Below are positions 21,468 to 29,605 of a DNA stretch of 59,407 bases, one piece after another. The notes below the pieces were generated by a model, which saw nothing but the letters and a program-made list of their open reading frames with translations, searched no databases and was not told the origin of the DNA. Origin of the DNA: Chthoniobacterales bacterium (GTDB taxonomy: Bacteria; Verrucomicrobiota; Verrucomicrobiia; Chthoniobacterales; DASVRZ01); NCBI GenBank assembly GCA_038225185.1, contig JBBRFA010000004.1, forward strand, positions 1 through 59,407. Reading direction: 5' to 3'. Numbering within the stretch: position 1 is the stretch's first letter; the number at the start of each line of letters is the position of its first letter. Both the position numbers and the translations under genes were made by a program.

Positions 21468-22367
21468 TCAACTGCCGTCCCACGATTTTTTAGGAGAATT
21501 CATTTGCTCGCCCTGACCTTCTGAAAAAGGTCGTTTAGTGAGATCTGAAGTTATAATTTTTTTTAATCGATCTGTCCAGTCGTCAAACGCTTGATCTCTT
21601 TGTGCCTTTGTAGGCAAAGCCGGCAAAATTTTGCGTCGGCCAGTAATATCTTGAAGAGCGGATTCAGCAGCAGACCATACAGCTTCCTCATCGTCCGTTA
21701 ACATCTTGACAATTTCTGGTAGTGATGAGCGATCTCTGTATTTTCCGAGCACAAGCAGTGCGTCACGACGCACGACCACATCGGGCGAGTTCAAGGCCGC
21801 AATGGTGCCGACAAGCAAGCTCATCTCATTAAATACTTCTTCAGTAAGAATAGTAGTGTTTATAAGGATATCCAAAGCAGTTCTTTGATCCATAAGATCG
21901 CCATTTAGCAGAGACACTAATATCTGACCTTTCTCCTCAAGATTTGCAACAGATTGAATATTAAGAATCTTTGAGATTCTCTCCTGATTGGCCGCATATT
22001 CGGTAGGCTTGAAATTAAGAACGCCCTGCCAGCCATGACACAGACGATAGTCTCCCTCCACGGAGGCTTCCAAAAAGAGGATCACAGTCCCGTCAATCAC
22101 CGATTTCACCGAAGGAGATTCAGTGGTCCTTGAGTAATTTTCGTAAAAATGCAATTGGAGGGTGTTGGCGGAAAATTGCCCTTTAATCACGTCTTTCACA
22201 TAAAACTTCATCTCCGTGGGAGATTTCGATTCTACGGAGACGGCACCTATAACGAGATCTGCTTTCAACGATTTTTCATAGTCAGAATATAGAATCTCGC
22301 GAGCATCCGCAAAGGTGAGGCATAAACAGGCTTCGATAACCAGTATGACAAATTTCGTGCATTTCAT
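21468..22367 (-). CDS. secreted HEAT-repeat (PBS-lyase HEAT-like) protein
   Basis: Signal peptide MKCTKFVILVIEACLCLTFADA. The C-terminal half has HEAT-like repeats (SPDVVVRRDALLVLGKYRDRSSLPEIVKMLTDDEEAVWSAAESAL). It is visibly more AT-rich than the core genes. Confidence 0.65.
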   Translation of the reverse strand: MKCTKFVILVIEACLCLTFADAREILYSDYEKSLKADLVIGAVSVESKSPTEMKFYVKDVIKGQFSANTLQLHFYENYSRTTESPSVKSVIDGTVILFLEASVEGDYRLCHGWQGVLNFKPTEYAANQERISKILNIQSVANLEEKGQILVSLLNGDLMDQRTALDILINTTILTEEVFNEMSLLVGTIAALNSPDVVVRRDALLVLGKYRDRSSLPEIVKMLTDDEEAVWSAAESALQDITGRRKILPALPTKAQRDQAFDDWTDRLKKIITSDLTKRPFSEGQGEQMNSPKKSWDGS

Positions 22368-22417
22368 AGGTCAGTCATTGTAATTAAGTGTTTTAGGCTG
22401 TCGGCCAGGATTACGAA

Positions 22418-22567
22418 TCAGAGCCAGCGTGCATGTCCTGTGATGACGTCTCCGCGCAAATCCAAGACCTCTTGTAACCGTCGCAACGGATGATCTTCCG
22501 GTATCCGACGAGCCAGATTAAACGGCTCACACCACAACTCATCTTGTCTGCTATGTAATCTTATCAT
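22418..22567 (-). mobile_element. remnant of an IS5/IS1182-type transposase N-terminus (DUF772-like), truncated after 49 codons
   Basis: Hand translation gives MIRLHSRQDELWCEPFNLARRIPEDHPLRRLQEVLDLRGDVITGHARWL*. The motif IPEDHPLRR...VLDL is the conserved InsH/IS5-family N-terminal signature. No DDE domain follows. Confidence 0.5.
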
Positions 22568-22768
22568 GGAAATCACTTCTAACATTTAACCATGCCTAAT
22601 CAAGCAATTTGGGCAACAGGCCGATCCTGACTTATCCCGAAAGCTTCTCGCACGCAAAAAATCTTCATCATCTTTTCAATTCGCTCCCGGAGTCGGAAAT
22701 TAGCCGATATTCTTTTGTTTTCGTATCGCAAATTAAAATAGTTGGTGATTCACTATTGATTTGATTTT

Positions 22769-23038
22769 TTAGTAAAAAGGATCATCTTTCTCATGAAAAA
22801 ATAACTGTTTAATTTGTAGCAAACGTCCAAGAATGGATCCAGAAGGGATAGTTATACTTCTGCTTCCCTGCGTTTTAACTCGCTTTAGTTTAGCTGGGTC
22901 CATTCGTATTATGCAGTGGCCTTCATCGATCGAGATGGTTGTCGCATTATTTAAAACCTCTTCGATTCCGATCCAGACTGTAATAGGAGTCGCATGGATG
23001 ACGAAGGCTCTGCCTTGAATCACAAAAATTCCTACCAA
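22769..23038 (-). CDS. small hypothetical ORF (TTG start), doubtful
   Basis: 89 codons, open directly after the 229-aa gene with a 7-nt overlap. It has no recognisable motif and a non-ATG start. Confidence 0.25.
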   Translation of the reverse strand: MVGIFVIQGRAFVIHATPITVWIGIEEVLNNATTISIDEGHCIIRMDPAKLKRVKTQGSRSITIPSGSILGRLLQIKQLFFHEKDDPFY

Positions 23039-23721
23039 TCTATGATGATTTTTTCGAATTTATATGTTTTAGAATCCATCTTGGAACTCTTAACTTGGCC
23101 ATCAGAAAAGGAGACCTGCACTAGGATTTTTTGTTCGTTTTCCAAATTGAATGTCTTGATCTCTGCTTTCCGTGCAAATAAGTGTGATGCAGAACTGTCC
23201 CTGAAAATTTGCTGGACCACCACTTCACTGGAATGGCCGTTAGAGACTTGATACGATAAAACACTCGTCCAAAGGTTATTCCAAAAAACCATATAAAGGC
23301 GGCCATCAATAATTGTAGAGTTGAGGACGGTAGGCTTAGCCAGAGTATTCGATTCTATTCTCTTTCGCAGGTTTTCAAGACTCTTGGCATCGCGCTCAGG
23401 ATCCTTCGATGCCCGAGGTAAGCTTTGCATATTAGTTATGGGGATCAATTTTGCTCCAATCCCGATGTACTCTGAGTGAAAACTGATTGCTTTAGCACCA
23501 GCTCTCATCCAAAGAAAAAAAAGCTCCGGGTAAAAGCCTCCAATATTACTTGCAAATTCACCTTCAATCGTGGTTTTTAATCGTTCCACAACAATCAAAG
23601 TTCCTGCGCCATCGTAATTTTTAGAAAAGACAATGATGTCAGTATCTTCCTTTGCGTGCATCTCAGGGATGATACTGATCAGGAGAGTTAATATTGTATA
23701 TATTGCTAGATATTTTTTCAT
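23032..23721 (-). CDS. AT-rich signal-peptide protein of unknown function (candidate immunity or partner protein)
   Basis: 229 aa with signal peptide MKKYLAIYTILTLLISIIPEMHA. Its ATG overlaps (ATGA) the stop of the orphan C-terminal fragment upstream. Confidence 0.65.
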   Translation of the reverse strand: MKKYLAIYTILTLLISIIPEMHAKEDTDIIVFSKNYDGAGTLIVVERLKTTIEGEFASNIGGFYPELFFLWMRAGAKAISFHSEYIGIGAKLIPITNMQSLPRASKDPERDAKSLENLRKRIESNTLAKPTVLNSTIIDGRLYMVFWNNLWTSVLSYQVSNGHSSEVVVQQIFRDSSASHLFARKAEIKTFNLENEQKILVQVSFSDGQVKSSKMDSKTYKFEKIIIDW

Positions 23722-24074
23722 GGAATAAAAACGGTTTCTTGAACACCTTTGGTATCTGGGGTTGAGCCTATTACTGGATCACCGTGATGAAATTGGGTCA
23801 GTGCGGAATTTTCCCATGCGATTTCGCTCAAGTAAGTTTCGCCATAAGATGGGTCGTAAATCACCCCGCCATAGCGGACAACAGCATGGTCTCGAAACGA
23901 ATTTTGTGGAGCATCTGGGCCTTGCCCAGGGAGACTGGGATCTACCTCAAAGCCCTTTGCGGCACTAGGCCCCGAGCCAAAGTCGTGTGTTTTATTGGGA
24001 TTAATCTGAGTTAATATAGAGCTAATTCCCTGTGCTTTTAATATATCAACAATGTAAATAAAAAGACCTGTCTC
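23718..24074 (-). pseudogene. orphan C-terminal fragment paralogous to the C-terminus of the 637-aa protein; it has no start codon and lacks the Cys motif
   Basis: Hand translation gives ETGLFIYIVDILKAQGISSILTQINPNKTHDFGSGPSAAKGFEVDPSLPGQGPDAPQNSFRDHAVVRYGGVIYDPSYGETYLSEIAWENSALTQFHHGDPVIGSTPDTKGVQETVFIP*. This aligns with ...ARFLQAIIKTHGI...FDDHGVTTYAGMIYDPSYGKSFENLLEWQRNALDSVSFHD of ORF 25357..27270. The frame has no Met. Confidence 0.6.
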
Positions 24075-24081
24075 TTAGTTT

Positions 24082-24312
24082 TCACTGATAGTCGATTTCT
24101 TTGTAGGTCCCCGTTTCATCCACCGTCAGGTGCAGTGTGGCTGTCACATTTTTTGCAAGCTCTGGCGTCGTCCAGGATTTCTTGGGCTCTGATGGAGAGA
24201 TCGTCATGCTCTCCTCGAAGGAGGCTTTTGCATTGGAGGCCATTGAGAGCAAGCCTGCTGTCACTGGAATTATGCAATATGCAAGCTGCTTTGGCAGTGG
24301 AAGTCGTTTCAT
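24082..24312 (-). pseudogene. N-terminal fragment (signal peptide plus about 50 aa) paralogous to the N-terminus of the 637-aa protein
   Basis: MKRLPLPKQLAYCIIPVTAGLLSMASNAKASFEESMTISPSEPKKSWTTPELAKNVTATLHLTVDETGTYKEIDYQ* compares with ...ASGQAFGITAAENLSGQIEISPLTPMASWPNSS...NYTATISVTVVREQQVGEVNYKL. It stops 7 nt before the frame of the C-terminal fragment opens. Confidence 0.5.
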
Positions 24313-24728
24313 TTTGTGGGTGGCGTATTGCGGGCAGTTGAGCAATAAAAAGGCGATGGTCCAGAGAGGCGGTGGAGTGGGTTAAAAAATCCTGCAACCA
24401 CCGGCTGGCAATGAGATTGTCGGAGGGATTGGAGTGCGGGCAGATCAGGGAGAGCGAAGCAAAAGCCATGGTATCGAGCCACTTCGAGCGGAGTGAGGAG
24501 GATTCCATGGACAACGCATGGTTGTTGATGGACTCTAACTATCAATATCAGGGAACGCAGACCATTTCCAATAAATACACCACCGAAGCACTGATAACCA
24601 CCGCTATCCCACACATGTTCAACTACCAGCCGGAGTGGAGTGAAGACTATTGGGGCTGGGGCTATTACGACTGGGATAACTGGTTGCTAGCTTTCACAAA
24701 ATTTACCCTCAATCCCCTTCTCCTCCGG

Positions 24729-25343
24729 CTATTCGACATGATCAGTCAACTTTTCCAAGTTATAATTAGATGTCACACGCCACACTCGTATTCCGCCTGG
24801 ATCGAGTTCGATGGTCGCACGCACTTCTCCATTAACGACCGCAAGATTTGCATCTTCGATTAAAGAAAACGCATTCGTCTCTGCAAGAAAGAATTCCTGA
24901 GACTTAGGTAGACTTGGTAAATCAGAGAGCATTGGCATAAGAACCAAATGCGTCTTGGATGTCGAATAGAGAAGCATCGCGAGATTTTGTTTTACTAAAA
25001 GGCCATTAATTTTAACCTCGGCTTGCGAGCCCGGAGTTGCGTCGATCTCTGTCTTCCAGAGTATGATCTGCAATCCATCAGAAGAGCGAAGCTTTACAGA
25101 TAATGTTCTAAATGATCGAGGAATACGATGTATACCTTCATCCTCTGCTTCATGTTGACTTTTTTCAGAAACTGGGCTTGTAGTTGGCATGCCGAGTGTA
25201 ACTAGTATTTTTCTTCCCTCTTGAGTAATATCCATTTCCCTAAGAATAGTTACGCCATCGGAGTGCTCAGCACAAGAGCTGTAAGTCAGGAAAATATTTG
25301 TAATCGCGATTATACAACTAAGGCTAAGTCGGGGATATTTCAT
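24729..25343 (-). CDS. AT-rich probable lipoprotein of unknown function (candidate immunity or partner of the upstream 637-aa protein)
   Basis: 204 aa. MKYPRLSLSCIIAITNIFLTYSSC has a lipobox-like SSC. It starts 13 nt after the stop of the 637-aa gene. Confidence 0.65.
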   Translation of the reverse strand: MKYPRLSLSCIIAITNIFLTYSSCAEHSDGVTILREMDITQEGRKILVTLGMPTTSPVSEKSQHEAEDEGIHRIPRSFRTLSVKLRSSDGLQIILWKTEIDATPGSQAEVKINGLLVKQNLAMLLYSTSKTHLVLMPMLSDLPSLPKSQEFFLAETNAFSLIEDANLAVVNGEVRATIELDPGGIRVWRVTSNYNLEKLTDHVE

Positions 25344-25356
25344 AATTTTTAAAATT

Positions 25357-27270
25357 TTAAGGTTCTATAATTCCGTATTCGACAAGCTGTTGCCATGATT
25401 GTCCTGAATTGCTGTAAAATATTAACTGTTGGCTATCATGAAAGCTGACGGAATCTAAAGCATTTCGCTGCCATTCCAATAAATTTTCGAAGGATTTACC
25501 ATAGGAAGGGTCGTAGATCATCCCGGCATAAGTAGTAACCCCGTGATCGTCAAAAACAGATTTAGAAGGATTGGAAGAGCCTTGTCCTGCAATACCATTG
25601 ATTGGAACGGGAAGGCCAGGAGGTGATGCGGTTAAAGGTCCAAGATCTTGATTTTTCACCCAAATCTGATGACCTTGCAAGCCGCTGTTTGGCGGGGGTG
25701 AAGGAATGACTTGCCGTGCCTCAACGCCTCGAATTCCGTGCGTCTTAATGATGGCTTGTAGAAAACGCGCCCATGCACCGCAGCGACCGTCACCGTCAGC
25801 TAAAAGCTTAGCTACCGTAGATGATACATTGGAATTATATGGCGTCCGATAATAGTAAAGAGATTGTAAGGGTCCTACCATGCCGGGTGGGCGGGCGGGC
25901 AACACTGTCGGAAATCCAGAACTTGGAGCCACAAAATCACTCCATATCGACGCGACTATACCGGCTTCTGTTGTTTGTCCATTAGAATTCCGGCACCCCA
26001 CGTCGACAAGAGTGTGAAATAGAGGAGAAAAGCCCGGAGTACCGTGCGTAACGTAGAACTGGTTATTACTTTTGCCGACCTCCACCCATTCGTTCACGTC
26101 ACGAAAGCTGGCTTCAAAGGTCAATACAAAATCATCCTCCCAGTAACGCACTTTTCCCTTTTCAAAATTCGCAGAAGCCTCTGCGGCACTGGCTAGATCG
26201 ACCTTGTCTCCGCTCACTTGGGTATTGACTTCTGCGATGGAGATCGAATCCGGTCCGGTTACTTTGATTTTGAGGTCAACTCCAGCGACGACGGGTTCAA
26301 GTTTCCACTCCGGTAATATCGTCAGTTTGGTGTCGCTGATATACGCCACCGGGTGAGCGTGACCATCCGAAGAAGTGCCGTCCCCGTCAGGGTCGTTCCA
26401 GTGCGGTGCGGTGTAGTTGGTGCCGCCATTATCGGAACTAATTTCGCGGTTGCCGGATCCCGAGAACCCCACTTTGACCAATTTGATTTTAATGAATGCA
26501 ATTTCCACCGACGAGATTCGTTCTTCGGCGCTGCCGTCGTTGTAAGTCATTTTGACTTTGCCTTTGGAGGGGGTGGAACTTGTGATATTTGCAGCAAAAG
26601 TCCATCGCGGAGCTCCGGCGGTATTTGCCACCGTAATAATCTCCCATCCGGGATTTGCGGGGTGGGCATCCGTCGCTGTAAACTCGGTAAAGGTCCAGTT
26701 TTCAAGACCGAAGCCGTTTGTGTCGGTCACGGTCACCTCATAGCCAATCTCTTTCTGCCCGTCGGCCCACTGGCGGGTGCGATCGAAATCCCAGTTCACC
26801 ACCGAATCAAGCAGTTGCACGGCGGCATCGGCTTGCCCGGCGATGACCCCAGGGCCGGGGTCCTGGCCACTGCCACTTCTAACTTCCGGAGACCAAACAC
26901 AGGTAAGTGTCATGGTCGCGCTGGCGGTATCTGCCGCCGTGTTGGTGATACTGTAGGTGGTGCCGCTCGTGGTCCAGGCCACATTCGAATCGCTGCTGCC
27001 AGTGGTGGCATCCGGGCCGCTGGAAAGCTTGTAGTTAACCTCGCCAACCTGTTGTTCCCTAACTACAGTCACACTAATGGTGGCGGTGTAGTTAGGTGCG
27101 AGGGCGTTGGATAAGCTAGAGTTTGGCCAGCTTGCCATGGGTGTCAACGGGCTGATTTCGATCTGGCCGCTGAGGTTTTCGGCAGCCGTGATGCCAAAGG
27201 CCTGCCCGCTGGCGAGGATGCCGCAGAGCAGGGCGGCGAAGATAGGCTTGATGTGGTGGTGATGGTTCAT
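25357..27270 (-). CDS. large secreted protein with beta-rich/Ig-like N-terminal two-thirds and a C-terminal candidate transglutaminase/papain-like Cys-His-Asp domain
   Basis: 637 aa with signal peptide MNHHHHIKPIFAALLCGILASGQAFG and a DPDGDG Ca-binding-like loop. The C-terminal motifs are DGDGRCGAWARFLQAIIKTHGIRGVEAR (Cys codon at 25780..25782) and FDDHGVTTYAGMIYDPSYG. The His-to-Asp spacing is 11 residues, and the orphan fragment has the same spacing. Confidence 0.8.
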   Translation of the reverse strand: MNHHHHIKPIFAALLCGILASGQAFGITAAENLSGQIEISPLTPMASWPNSSLSNALAPNYTATISVTVVREQQVGEVNYKLSSGPDATTGSSDSNVAWTTSGTTYSITNTAADTASATMTLTCVWSPEVRSGSGQDPGPGVIAGQADAAVQLLDSVVNWDFDRTRQWADGQKEIGYEVTVTDTNGFGLENWTFTEFTATDAHPANPGWEIITVANTAGAPRWTFAANITSSTPSKGKVKMTYNDGSAEERISSVEIAFIKIKLVKVGFSGSGNREISSDNGGTNYTAPHWNDPDGDGTSSDGHAHPVAYISDTKLTILPEWKLEPVVAGVDLKIKVTGPDSISIAEVNTQVSGDKVDLASAAEASANFEKGKVRYWEDDFVLTFEASFRDVNEWVEVGKSNNQFYVTHGTPGFSPLFHTLVDVGCRNSNGQTTEAGIVASIWSDFVAPSSGFPTVLPARPPGMVGPLQSLYYYRTPYNSNVSSTVAKLLADGDGRCGAWARFLQAIIKTHGIRGVEARQVIPSPPPNSGLQGHQIWVKNQDLGPLTASPPGLPVPINGIAGQGSSNPSKSVFDDHGVTTYAGMIYDPSYGKSFENLLEWQRNALDSVSFHDSQQLIFYSNSGQSWQQLVEYGIIEP

Positions 27271-27272
27271 GG

Positions 27273-28349
27273 TTACTCGTTTGGGTTGGTGCTCCGGGAT
27301 TCCAACAACTGCGCCATCAAAATCGTATGGTCGAGGTCGGAATGCTGCAGGTTTCTATAATAGTTTTGGGTTACGACGCGAAAGCGGTCATCTTCGGGGC
27401 TGAGGGCGCCGGATTCAACCAGCACGTCAAGTAGGGCGAGGACTTCTCGGGCGGCTTCCCGGTTTCCGTGGCCGACTTGGCGAACGAAAAACTGTATATG
27501 AAGGAAGCGGACATCCTGGGCGGTCGCTTTGGGGTGCTGCTTTTTCCACCATGCGAGAATGGTGCCAGCACGTTCGGCATGGCCTATCGAATGCATGTGC
27601 AAGGCATGGCGTGATACCAGGGAGGTGCGCCGATCGAGCGGGGTAGAAGAGTCGGCGAGGTAATCGAAGATCCATTGTTCGCCAACTTTCCTGGATTCGA
27701 AGCTCGAATCTTTTCCGGTGAGCGACATAGCGTAGTCGCTGCGGTTTTTGAGCCACCAGGAAGGAAGTTGACCCTGCGGATCGGCGAGCCACCCGATCTC
27801 GAATTTCTCCATCCACGGAAGCAGGGTGTCGTGCTGCTCCTGCACCCACAGACGGAGGATGGGGGCGGCAAGGGCGGCGGTGGCTTTGGCGACGTGCTCG
27901 TGCGGTAGTCGGGAGGATCTCTCTAGAAGACGCGGCTGCAATAGCCCGAACTCCTGCCATGCAGGTTCGAAACTTTGCCACTCCAGCATGATGCGGAGGG
28001 TAAAGACATCTTTGAAAATCGAGGTCCAAGAGGTGATGAGTGGTGCTACGTCAGGCTGATCGACGGGTAAGGAGTCCAGCCAGTCAAGCAGGCCCGTAGA
28101 GAGGTTTTGCAGGGTATCAATTGTGGGAGCGGGAATGGCATCACGTGGCGCGAAGCGAACTCTCCATGCTTGGGGGACGTCGGCGATCAATGCGCGGTGT
28201 TGCTTTCGGAATGCCTCCAGCGATTCGCGCGGAGTTGCGACGGGTGACTGTGATGGGGTGGCACTCGGCGGTGCACCAGATTCCGACGCCCACGCCAAGA
28301 CCGGCAAGAGCGCAAGAATCAGAATACAAAAGGCGTGGGCTGGCTTCAT
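27273..28349 (-). CDS. secreted alpha-helical protein of unknown function
   Basis: Internal ATG at 28349 gives the signal peptide MKPAHAFCILILALLPVLAWA. This ATG overlaps (ATGA) the stop of the TPR gene. The gene stops 2 nt before the start of the 637-aa gene. Confidence 0.7.
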   Translation of the reverse strand: MKPAHAFCILILALLPVLAWASESGAPPSATPSQSPVATPRESLEAFRKQHRALIADVPQAWRVRFAPRDAIPAPTIDTLQNLSTGLLDWLDSLPVDQPDVAPLITSWTSIFKDVFTLRIMLEWQSFEPAWQEFGLLQPRLLERSSRLPHEHVAKATAALAAPILRLWVQEQHDTLLPWMEKFEIGWLADPQGQLPSWWLKNRSDYAMSLTGKDSSFESRKVGEQWIFDYLADSSTPLDRRTSLVSRHALHMHSIGHAERAGTILAWWKKQHPKATAQDVRFLHIQFFVRQVGHGNREAAREVLALLDVLVESGALSPEDDRFRVVTQNYYRNLQHSDLDHTILMAQLLESRSTNPNE

Positions 28350-29467
28350 GGGGTGGATGCCTGGGAAGGGTTCGCAAGGCCATCTGCCACTTCTTCCATG
28401 TAGCGCACAATAGGCGGATGGCTGCCTTTGGCCGGGTAATAGCGCACCAGATCCTCGAAAGCGGATTTTGCCTGACCCCACTGCTTGTGTGTGCGCAGGA
28501 GCCAGGCCCTGGTATAGAGTGCTTGTTCGTGGCGGAATGAGTCGGAAGGGAAGTCTCTTGCGATAGCGGCGCACATTTCAACGGCCTTTTGCCATTCACG
28601 CTTGGGTCCGGCATGGAGTTGGACGAGATGCCAGCGACTTTGCCCGCCCCACTCGCTCTTGGGTTCCTGCGAGGCGATGGTGGTCCAAATTTTTTCCGCT
28701 TCGACGAGGTTGACGGGACCGCCCACCGAGTAAAGGCACCACGCATATTTCACACGGGCTTCGGCGATGGTCGCGGGGTTCGTCCCCTGCTTGGAAACGA
28801 TTTCGTAAAGGTTCATGGCCAGATCTCGCCGGTTATTCTTCAACGCTCTGTTGGCTGCTTCGAGCAGACGGGCTGGATCGCCACCGGATTCGATGATGGT
28901 TTTGGCGGATTCGAACTGTTCCTTGGCTGGCCCGCGCAGGGATGCTGACAGCCTTTCGTAAATGACAAGTGCTTCCTTGAATTGTCGGGCCTGGTAATGG
29001 CGATCTGCAACGACAGACCAAACCCTGAGAGTGGTCGGACTTTCGGAAAAATCCCGAAGAAGGGTATCTCGCGCCTGCTGCGCCCTGGTGCGGTTGCCAC
29101 GAGCCTCGTGGAGCTTGGCGGTTTCCTCCAACGCTTTTGCGGCCCATTCGGTGTCACGGGCAGCGGTGATAACCGCGCTGAAGTTGCGGAACGCTTCATC
29201 CACCTGCCCCTGGCGGGCCTGAATCTGGCCGAGGAGAAAACGGGCTTCGATAACCTCGGGAGTTGTGGCGTTTGATCGGATAAAGGATGAAAGAAGTTTC
29301 AGAGCCTCTTCGTCGTTTTTGGCTTTGATGGCGACTTTGGCCGCTTCAACGGGATGGACTTGCAGACTATTTTCGGCGAATCCTTCGGTAGTGAAGAAAA
29401 AGCAACCAGCCAGGATAGCTATTGCAGCCCGTGCGGCAGTAAAACTTTGACTATAAAGCCTTTGCAC
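28346..29467 (-). CDS. secreted TPR-repeat protein; first gene of the minus-strand cluster
   Basis: 373 aa with a GTG start at 29467 and a signal-peptide-like N-terminus (QRLYSQSFTAARAAIAILAGCFFFTTEGFA). It contains repeated TPR-like helical hairpins (EARFLLGQIQARQGQVDEAFRNF, EETAKLHEARGNRTRAQQARDTLL and others). Confidence 0.75.
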   Translation of the reverse strand: MQRLYSQSFTAARAAIAILAGCFFFTTEGFAENSLQVHPVEAAKVAIKAKNDEEALKLLSSFIRSNATTPEVIEARFLLGQIQARQGQVDEAFRNFSAVITAARDTEWAAKALEETAKLHEARGNRTRAQQARDTLLRDFSESPTTLRVWSVVADRHYQARQFKEALVIYERLSASLRGPAKEQFESAKTIIESGGDPARLLEAANRALKNNRRDLAMNLYEIVSKQGTNPATIAEARVKYAWCLYSVGGPVNLVEAEKIWTTIASQEPKSEWGGQSRWHLVQLHAGPKREWQKAVEMCAAIARDFPSDSFRHEQALYTRAWLLRTHKQWGQAKSAFEDLVRYYPAKGSHPPIVRYMEEVADGLANPSQASTP

Positions 29468-29473
29468 TTGCTT

Positions 29474-29557
29474 GTGAGCTGTGAGCTGTGAGCTGTAAGC
29501 TGTGAGCTGTGAGCTGTGAGCTGTGAGCTGTGAGCTGTAAGCTGTAAGCTGTGAGCT
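29474..29557. repeat. 12 tandem copies of a heptanucleotide (GTGAGCT x9, GTAAGCT x3)
   Basis: Counted directly: units start at 29474 and recur every 7 nt through 29557, and units 4, 10 and 11 are GTAAGCT. The array ends 6 nt upstream of the GTG start of the TPR gene (minus strand). Confidence 0.97.
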
Positions 29558-29575
29558 GATTTAATCATATTTAAA

Positions 29576-29605
29576 GTTATTGTGGTATTGTAAGTGATGT
29601 GTCAA
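29576..29605 (-). promoter_or_regulatory. candidate sigma-70-type promoter for the TPR-led cluster
   Basis: On the minus strand there is a consensus TTGACA (29605..29600), an 18-nt spacer, then AATAAC (29581..29576). This places the heptamer array in the 5' leader. It is a pattern match only. Confidence 0.2.

Noticed and set aside
24372-24863. 163-codon plus-strand ORF with a Trp/Tyr/Asp-rich stretch (NYQPEWSEDYWGWGYYDWDNW) in the gap between the 204-aa gene and the N-terminal stub.
   Set aside because: It lies on the opposite strand to the whole cluster. Its last 45 codons are antisense to the 204-aa gene. It has no signal peptide, RBS or motif. It may be worth a database search, but I cannot support it as a gene.
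27253-27270. The 637-aa protein starts MNHHHH, which looks like a His-tag.
   Set aside because: There are only four His residues, followed directly by a native-looking signal peptide, and there is no vector or linker sequence around it. I treat it as natural.
29474-29557. Considered whether the tandem repeat could be a CRISPR array or a coding collagen-like or heptad repeat.
   Set aside because: The units are only 7 nt with no spacers, so this is not CRISPR. In the annotated state the array is upstream of the GTG start. I treated it as a simple-sequence contingency repeat instead.
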